Assembly (NCBI GenBank): GCA_041657565.1
Contig: JBBABQ010000002.1
Location: forward strand, 1 to 45,277
DNA from: Minisyncoccota bacterium
GTDB taxonomy: Bacteria; Patescibacteriota; Minisyncoccia; Minisyncoccales; JAQTVQ01
Direction of reading: 5' to 3'
DNA length: 45,277 nt
Made by a program: the position numbers and the translations under genes. Of this stretch, positions 40,263-45,277 are shown piece by piece. Position 1 is the stretch's first letter; the number at the start of each line of letters is the position of its first letter. The notes beneath the pieces were generated by a model. The model saw only the letters and a program-made list of their open reading frames with translations. It was not told where the DNA came from and searched no databases.

Positions 40263-41363
40263 ATGAAGATTACACTAAGCGTCATCAAAGCCGACATCGG
40301 CAGCATCGGCGGGCACATTAAGCCCTCCAAAGATTTGATGGCTTCGGTCGAGGATTACCTTAAAGCGAAAAGCAAGGGGATCCTTATAGATTATAAGGTC
40401 ACTCATACGGGAGACGACATTGCTATTTTGTCGACCCATACGGGCGGGACTCTTAATGAAAAGGTCCATAAGCTTTGCTGGGACACTTTATTAGCCGGGA
40501 CAAAAACGGCCAGAGCTCAAGGGCTTTACGGCGCCGGACAGGATCTTTTGAAAGACAGTTTTTCCGGCAATGTAAAAGGGATGGGTCCCGCGATCGCCGA
40601 ATTGGAATTTGAAGAAAGGCCAGCCGAGCCGTTTTTATTCTTTGCCGCCGATAAGACCGATCCGGGAGCGTTCAATTTGCCGGCTTATCTGACCTTCTGC
40701 GATCCGATGCATAATGCCGGATTGCTGCTTTCTTCGAAATTGAAGAAAGGGTTCACTTTCCGCATTATGGACGTGAACTATACGGAAGCCGACAGAATAA
40801 TAGAACTTAGCACTCCGGAGGAAATTTACGATATAGCGACATTATTGAGGGATACAGAAAGGTATATAGTCGAGGGAGTTTACTCAAGGGTGACCGGAGA
40901 GCAGGTTGCCGCCGTCAGCACCACCCGCTTGCATAATATTGCTGGAACTTATACCGGAAAAGACGATCCGGTGATGCTGGTAAGGACTCAAAAGGATTTC
41001 CCGGCTACCGGAGAGTTTCTATCTCCTTACACCATCGGTGCGTTTGTCGCTGGATTCATGAGGGGGTCGCATAACGGTCCTTTGATGCCGGTCAAACAGA
41101 ATTCGGATATATCGTTTTTCGACGGACCGCCCGTTGTCAGCGCCGCCGCTTATTGCGTGCATGACGGAAAATTGACCGAGGCCGCGGATGCGTTCGACCA
41201 TCCTTACTGGGATTATGTCAGGACTCAAGTTTCTCGCAAAGCAGAAGAGATCAGGAGGCAAGGATTCTTCGGCCCGGCTATGTTGCCGATGTCGGAGCTG
41301 GAATACGGCGGAGTTGTAGAAGTATTGCAAGAATTAGATAAAAGGTTTATAATCAAAAAATAA
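40263..41363 (+). CDS. fbp: fructose-1,6-bisphosphate aldolase/phosphatase (class V, archaeal-type FBPase)
   Basis: 'MKITLSVIKADIGSIGGH' N-terminus and overall FBP aldolase/phosphatase-like sequence ('GMGPAIAELEF', 'GSHNGPLMPV'). Confidence 0.85.
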   Translation: MKITLSVIKADIGSIGGHIKPSKDLMASVEDYLKAKSKGILIDYKVTHTGDDIAILSTHTGGTLNEKVHKLCWDTLLAGTKTARAQGLYGAGQDLLKDSFSGNVKGMGPAIAELEFEERPAEPFLFFAADKTDPGAFNLPAYLTFCDPMHNAGLLLSSKLKKGFTFRIMDVNYTEADRIIELSTPEEIYDIATLLRDTERYIVEGVYSRVTGEQVAAVSTTRLHNIAGTYTGKDDPVMLVRTQKDFPATGEFLSPYTIGAFVAGFMRGSHNGPLMPVKQNSDISFFDGPPVVSAAAYCVHDGKLTEAADAFDHPYWDYVRTQVSRKAEEIRRQGFFGPAMLPMSELEYGGVVEVLQELDKRFIIKK

Positions 41364-41418
41364 TTTGCGGAACAGCGTTTTTCGGCTTAAACCCGGATTC
41401 GAATCCGTATAAATTATT

Positions 41419-41889
41419 ATGGACCAGCCAAATAAGTCTTTTTTAAGCAGAAAGAAAGAGATGATATATTTGGTTGTCGGTCTCTTGATAATCGCATTAG
41501 GGGCGGCAGGATGGTTCTTTTGGGGAGATCAGTTGGACGTTGTCACCCAGAAGACAGAGTATACTTTTCATGACGGCATGATCATGCTGAACATAAAAAG
41601 CTATGCTCCGGAGAAAATTTGTTTCTCTTCCTGCCATCCTTATTCTATCCAGAGAAAAGACGGAATATGGGAAGACTATCCGTCAGCCGACTGTTTGCAG
41701 CAAAATTTGGTGGCGGAATGCGTTGATGCTTTTGGCCTGATAGGCAGGGGTATAGAATTGGATCAGTGGCAGTCTTTTCTGAGTTCCGATCTTCATCGCT
41801 TGGCCTTGCCGGCTTGCATCGGTTGCAAAGAAGGAGAACCTTTCCGAGCAGATAAAACCTTTTATTCTAATGAATTCCAGATAAAGTGA
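41419..41889 (+). CDS. membrane-anchored Cys-containing hypothetical protein
   Basis: N-terminal TM 'MIYLVVGLLIIALGAAGWFFW' and an extracytoplasmic part with 7 Cys. No family recognised. Confidence 0.6.
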   Translation: MDQPNKSFLSRKKEMIYLVVGLLIIALGAAGWFFWGDQLDVVTQKTEYTFHDGMIMLNIKSYAPEKICFSSCHPYSIQRKDGIWEDYPSADCLQQNLVAECVDAFGLIGRGIELDQWQSFLSSDLHRLALPACIGCKEGEPFRADKTFYSNEFQIK

Positions 41890-41931
41890 TCCTGTTGCAG
41901 GGGTCAATAGTCTGATTCAGCGAAATTTTTT

Positions 41932-42588
41932 ATGATCTCACTTGAAGCAAAAATAAGAAATATCCAGGGGAAAAAGACAAAAGAATTGAAAAGATCCGGG
42001 GTCATTCCGGCGATCTTATACGGGCCGGAGATCAGCAATGCTTTGCTGGAAGTCGATCTGAAAAATTTCAAAAAAGTTTTTAAAGAGGCCGGAGAGAATA
42101 CGATGATCAGCTTAAAAACCGATGGTTCGGGCAAAAAAGATTACGCGGTATTGATCAAACAGGTCGTGAACGATCCTATTTCTTCGGAGCCCATCCACAT
42201 AGATTTTTATCAGCCCAATTTAAGCAAAGAGTTGGAAGCGGACATTCCTTTGGAATTTATCGGCGCCGCTCCGGCTTTGCAATTAGGCGGAACGCTGGTC
42301 AAGAACATGCACGAGTTAAAAGTTAAATCTCTTCCTCAAAACCTTCCTCACAGCATCAAAATCGATGTTAGCGGCTTGAACACTTTCGAGGATTCCATCT
42401 TGGTAAAAGACGTCCATTTGCCGGAAAATGTTAAGATCATGGATAACTTGGAAGAAACGGTTGTCAAAGTGATGGAACCTGAAAAAGTAGAAGAAGAATT
42501 GGCCAAGCCGGCGGAAGAAGGAGTGGAAAACATCGAAAAAGTGGAAAAGAAGAAGAAAGAGGAGGCTGGAGAGGAGGAATCCAAGTAA
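41932..42588 (+). CDS. rplY: 50S ribosomal protein L25/general stress protein Ctc
   Basis: 'GKKTKELKRSGVIPAILYG', two-domain Ctc length and an acidic tail. Confidence 0.9.
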   Translation: MISLEAKIRNIQGKKTKELKRSGVIPAILYGPEISNALLEVDLKNFKKVFKEAGENTMISLKTDGSGKKDYAVLIKQVVNDPISSEPIHIDFYQPNLSKELEADIPLEFIGAAPALQLGGTLVKNMHELKVKSLPQNLPHSIKIDVSGLNTFEDSILVKDVHLPENVKIMDNLEETVVKVMEPEKVEEELAKPAEEGVENIEKVEKKKKEEAGEEESK

Positions 42589-44013
42589 ATGCGTTTTATA
42601 AATTTCGAAACATCCAGTTTAAAGTTGATCGCTTTAGCAACAGGGACCGGTTTTTTATTGCCGGTCTTTTTTGCTTTTGCTCTGGCCCAGGAAGCCGGTC
42701 CTGACCTGGCCAGCATCTGCGTGGACGATGCGAAACTTGAGGCCGAGTGTGACAGCGCTTCGAAAGACGAATGCCGAAAGCTGCTCGAAAGCTGCCAGAA
42801 TTATTTCGAGACGAAGAAAGCGGAAGTAGAGAAGGAGGTGGCTCAAACGGCCCAAGAGAAAAAGACCTTGTCAAACCAGGTCAGCAGCCTTGAAAAAAAA
42901 ATAACCAATTTGAGCTACCAAATAAATCAATCTAATTTGGCCATAAAAGACCTTAATTTCCAAATAGAGGATACTAGCGGATCGATAGACAAAACCTCTC
43001 AAGATATAGAAGACGAGAAAAAGAAAATAGCGCTGGTTTTGCAGGCCGCTTACGAGGAGGATGAAAAGTCGGCGGTGGAGATAATCCTTGCCAACGAAAC
43101 TATCTCTGATTTTTATGACAATCTGGTCTACTTGGAGAATTTAAGCAACAAGAACCGCGATCTTTTGAAAAATATCCAAGATATGAAAGCCTACCTCGAA
43201 GGCCAAAAGACCGCGCTGGAGGGAGAAACGGAAGATCTGAAAAATACCGTAGCTGTGAGGGAAATACAAAAAATACAGAGTGCCGAGACCAAAAAAACCC
43301 AGCAGTATTATCTTAATTTGACCGAGAAACAATATAAGGAAAAGCTCAAAGAGCAGCAGGACCTGGCCAAAAAAGCGGCCGAGATCAGGGCCAGAATATT
43401 CGAATTGGCCGGTGTTTCCAATGCCCCCACTTTTGGAGAGGCTTATCAGATAGCTAAATACGTCCAAGGCGTGACCGGTCTGCGGGCGGCTTTCCTGCTT
43501 GCTATTCTGAATCAGGAAAGTTCGATAGGAAAGAACGTCGGCCAATGCTATGTCACTAATTTTACGACCGGGGCCGGAGTGCGTTCCAACGGACAGAGCA
43601 TAAACAAGGTCATGCATCCCACCAGAGACATCGCCAAGTTCAAAAGCATTTGCGCGGGCGTCGGCCGCGATCCTACGAAAACTTTGGTTTCTTGTCCGAT
43701 AGCCAGCGTCGGCGGATACGGCGGCGCGATGGGGCCGGCTCAGTTCATTCCGAGCACTTGGTCGCAGATATCTTCGCAATTGGAAGGGATCACCGGCCAA
43801 GCTTCCGATCCGTGGAATATAAAAGACGCTTTCCTGGCATCAGGGCTTTATCTTAAAAGCTTGGGAGGGGCGACCAACGAATTTTCGGCCGCAATGCATT
43901 ATTTTTCCGGAGCCAGCTGGACCAAGAACGAAGAATTTTACGGCCGTTCGGTCCTGAGCATGGCCGCCGGATTCCAAGAGGACATCGACGCGCTGGAAGA
44001 AGCGGGCCAGTAG
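42589..44013 (+). CDS. secreted coiled-coil protein with C-terminal lytic transglycosylase (MltB/SLT-like) domain
   Basis: N-terminal hydrophobic segment and a ~230-aa heptad-rich region. The C-terminus has 'LLAILNQESSIG' (catalytic Glu context) and 'GGAMGPAQFIPSTW'. Confidence 0.7.
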   Translation: MRFINFETSSLKLIALATGTGFLLPVFFAFALAQEAGPDLASICVDDAKLEAECDSASKDECRKLLESCQNYFETKKAEVEKEVAQTAQEKKTLSNQVSSLEKKITNLSYQINQSNLAIKDLNFQIEDTSGSIDKTSQDIEDEKKKIALVLQAAYEEDEKSAVEIILANETISDFYDNLVYLENLSNKNRDLLKNIQDMKAYLEGQKTALEGETEDLKNTVAVREIQKIQSAETKKTQQYYLNLTEKQYKEKLKEQQDLAKKAAEIRARIFELAGVSNAPTFGEAYQIAKYVQGVTGLRAAFLLAILNQESSIGKNVGQCYVTNFTTGAGVRSNGQSINKVMHPTRDIAKFKSICAGVGRDPTKTLVSCPIASVGGYGGAMGPAQFIPSTWSQISSQLEGITGQASDPWNIKDAFLASGLYLKSLGGATNEFSAAMHYFSGASWTKNEEFYGRSVLSMAAGFQEDIDALEEAGQ

Positions 44014-44024
44014 GCGAGGAGTTA

Positions 44025-44164
44025 GGAATTAGCTTGTAGCTTGTAGTAGTCTTGCTTCGCAAGAAAGGAATAATATATTTAAAACCACGGCATGCCGTGG
44101 TTTTAAATATATTATTTTTTTCATTTCGCCAAAGGCGAAATCCTACAAGCTACAAGCTAATTCC
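44025..44164. repeat. nested palindromic element / bidirectional terminator between convergent genes
   Basis: A 22-bp perfect outer stem GGAATTAGCTTGTAGCTTGTAG (44025-44046) / CTACAAGCTACAAGCTAATTCC (44143-44164). It encloses a small hairpin (TCTTGC..GCAAGA), a perfect 48-nt palindrome (44069-44116) and TTTCGCC-AAA-GGCGAAA. Confidence 0.85.
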
Positions 44165-44173
44165 TACAAGCTG

Positions 44174-44920
44174 TCACACTCCCGATTTCTTCATTGTTTC
44201 CACTACCTTTTCCATTCTTCCTTCCATTATCTTTTCTATATCGTGGAAATTTTTGTTGATGCGGTGGTCGGTTAGGCGGTCTTGCGGAAAATTATAGGTT
44301 CTTATTTTTTCCTCGCGGGAGCCCGTTCCGATCTGGCTGTTGCGGGCATCTCCGAACTTGGCGCTGGCGTCTCTTTCCTGCTTCTCCAGCAATCTGGCCT
44401 GCAAAAGGCTCATCGCGCTTTCTTTGTTCTGGATAAGGCTGCGTTCGGTCTGAGAATACACCACCAGTCCCGAGGGAATATGGGTCAAGCGAACGGCTGA
44501 CATTCTTTTGTTCACGTATTGGCCGCCCGGTCCGGAAGCCTTGCAATAATCAACCCTTAGGTCGGCGGGGCGTATGTTCATTTGGGCCGCGTCGGGCTTG
44601 GCCAGAACGGCTACCGTAGCAGTTGAAGTGTGGACCCTTCCGGCTTTCTCGGTCTTTGGGATCCTTTGGATGCGATGCACGCCTCCTTCGTATTTCAAAC
44701 TGTTGTAAGCCTCGGATCCTTTTATTTCTAGAATGATCTCCTTGATTCCGCCCAGTTCAGTTGGGTTGGAATGAAGGACGGTCACGCCCCATCCTTGGTT
44801 TTGGGAGTAGCGGGTATACATTCTTAAAAGGTCTGACGCAAAAAGAGCCGCTTCGTCTCCTCCGACGCCGGCTCTGATCTCTAAAATGATAGCATTGATC
44901 GTCTTTGCCTCTTCTGTCAT
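44174..44920 (-). CDS. prfA: peptide chain release factor 1-like, lacking N-terminal domain 1 (248 aa)
   Basis: 'RAGVGGDEAALFA', 'RIPKTEKAGRVHTSTATVAVL' (PxT-type anticodon loop), 'GPGGQYVNK' and 'YNFPQDRLTDHR'. The start is the ATG at 44920, 10 nt after the rpmE stop. Confidence 0.8.
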   Translation of the reverse strand: MTEEAKTINAIILEIRAGVGGDEAALFASDLLRMYTRYSQNQGWGVTVLHSNPTELGGIKEIILEIKGSEAYNSLKYEGGVHRIQRIPKTEKAGRVHTSTATVAVLAKPDAAQMNIRPADLRVDYCKASGPGGQYVNKRMSAVRLTHIPSGLVVYSQTERSLIQNKESAMSLLQARLLEKQERDASAKFGDARNSQIGTGSREEKIRTYNFPQDRLTDHRINKNFHDIEKIMEGRMEKVVETMKKSGV

Positions 44921-44930
44921 AGACAACTGG

Positions 44931-45152
44931 CTATTTTGTTTTTTTCGCGCCTTTTTTCTCCATTCTGTCCTTGAACTTCTGGACCTGTCCGACCTTGGAA
45001 ACGGCTCTGCGTTCGCCGGTAAAGAAAGGATGGCATTTCGAGCAAGTTTCAACCTCGGTAAATTCCTTGGTGGAGCCCACTACAAAATCTTGTCCGCAAG
45101 AACAGCGGATATGGGCGTTTGGATAATAAGTTGGATGCGTGTCTTTTTTCAT
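44931..45152 (-). CDS. rpmE: 50S ribosomal protein L31 (Zn-ribbon type)
   Basis: 'MKKDTHPTYY...CSCG...CSKCHPFFTG'. Confidence 0.9.
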   Translation of the reverse strand: MKKDTHPTYYPNAHIRCSCGQDFVVGSTKEFTEVETCSKCHPFFTGERRAVSKVGQVQKFKDRMEKKGAKKTK

Positions 45153-45277
45153 AAATTTTTGAATGTCGAATATCGAGGGTCGAATTCTTAACGACTTTCG
45201 ACCTTCTACGATCGGCTTCCTAAACTCGATTTACAATTGTTAATACTAGCAAATTTACCGAAAATTGCAAGGATATT

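Noticed and set aside
41385-41410. tRNA-like T-loop string GGATTCGAATCC
   Set aside because: The flanks cannot form acceptor, D or anticodon arms. It is only a short 4-bp hairpin downstream of fbp.
43141-43800. 219-aa minus-strand ORF
   Set aside because: It is antisense to the coiled-coil/lytic-transglycosylase gene.
44921-45052. N-terminal 44 codons of the ORF-track prfA model
   Set aside because: They overlap the complete rpmE gene out of frame and encode Arg/Ser-rich sequence with no resemblance to RF domain 1. The ATG at 44920 was chosen instead.
1-45277. Alternative genetic code (UGA recoded, as in some candidate-phylum bacteria)
   Set aside because: Long, motif-bearing ORFs are intact under the standard code, and several confident genes terminate at TGA (for example 9877-9879, 11241-11243 and 14273-14275).
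1-45277. Mobile genetic element, prophage or defence island
   Set aside because: I recognised no integrase, transposase, phage structural, restriction-modification, toxin-antitoxin or cas-like sequences. Gene content is housekeeping plus the two accessory loci described.

Overview
This window is a gene-dense, mostly plus-strand chromosomal segment from a small-genome bacterium. The compact or atypical housekeeping proteins (313-aa MetK, RF1 without domain 1, FtsZ with a Lys-rich N-extension, archaeal-type FBP aldolase/phosphatase) resemble Patescibacteria/CPR, but that placement is inference only. I support about 50 CDS, one SAM-I riboswitch, several intrinsic terminators and three long intergenic hairpin repeats. 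I found no rRNA, tRNA, CRISPR array, transposase or integrase. The standard genetic code fits, since TGA is used as a stop. Housekeeping content: glyA (partial), a ThyX-like gene, a DEDD exonuclease, a beta-CASP RNase, xseAB, metK, ybaB, ftsZ, galU, trxB, rplY, prfA and rpmE. There is also a central-carbon block of eno, gpmA, gap, acs, ppsA and class V FBPase. Two loci stand out. (1) At 11.3-14.8 kb is a compact operon with two radical SAM/SPASM enzymes flanking a PqqD-like peptide-recognition protein, plus two unknown ORFs. It is preceded by an unannotated 25-aa ORF ending in ACQDCHF and a 15-bp perfect-stem terminator. This looks like a RiPP-like maturation system that I cannot assign to any named pathway. 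(2) Seven paralogous multi-TM receptor-like proteins lack any output domain and all end in the same ~45-aa coiled-coil tail (ELEKWYKLTIGRELRMAELK). Five are in tandem at 19.6-24.8 kb. Two are inserted in the glycolytic operon next to a stand-alone receiver domain. Tail DNA is near-identical between otherwise diverged copies. Other observations include a surface protein with seven thrombospondin-type-1-like Cys repeats that is translationally coupled to an orphan histidine kinase. All family calls come from motif recognition by eye; no database search was run.
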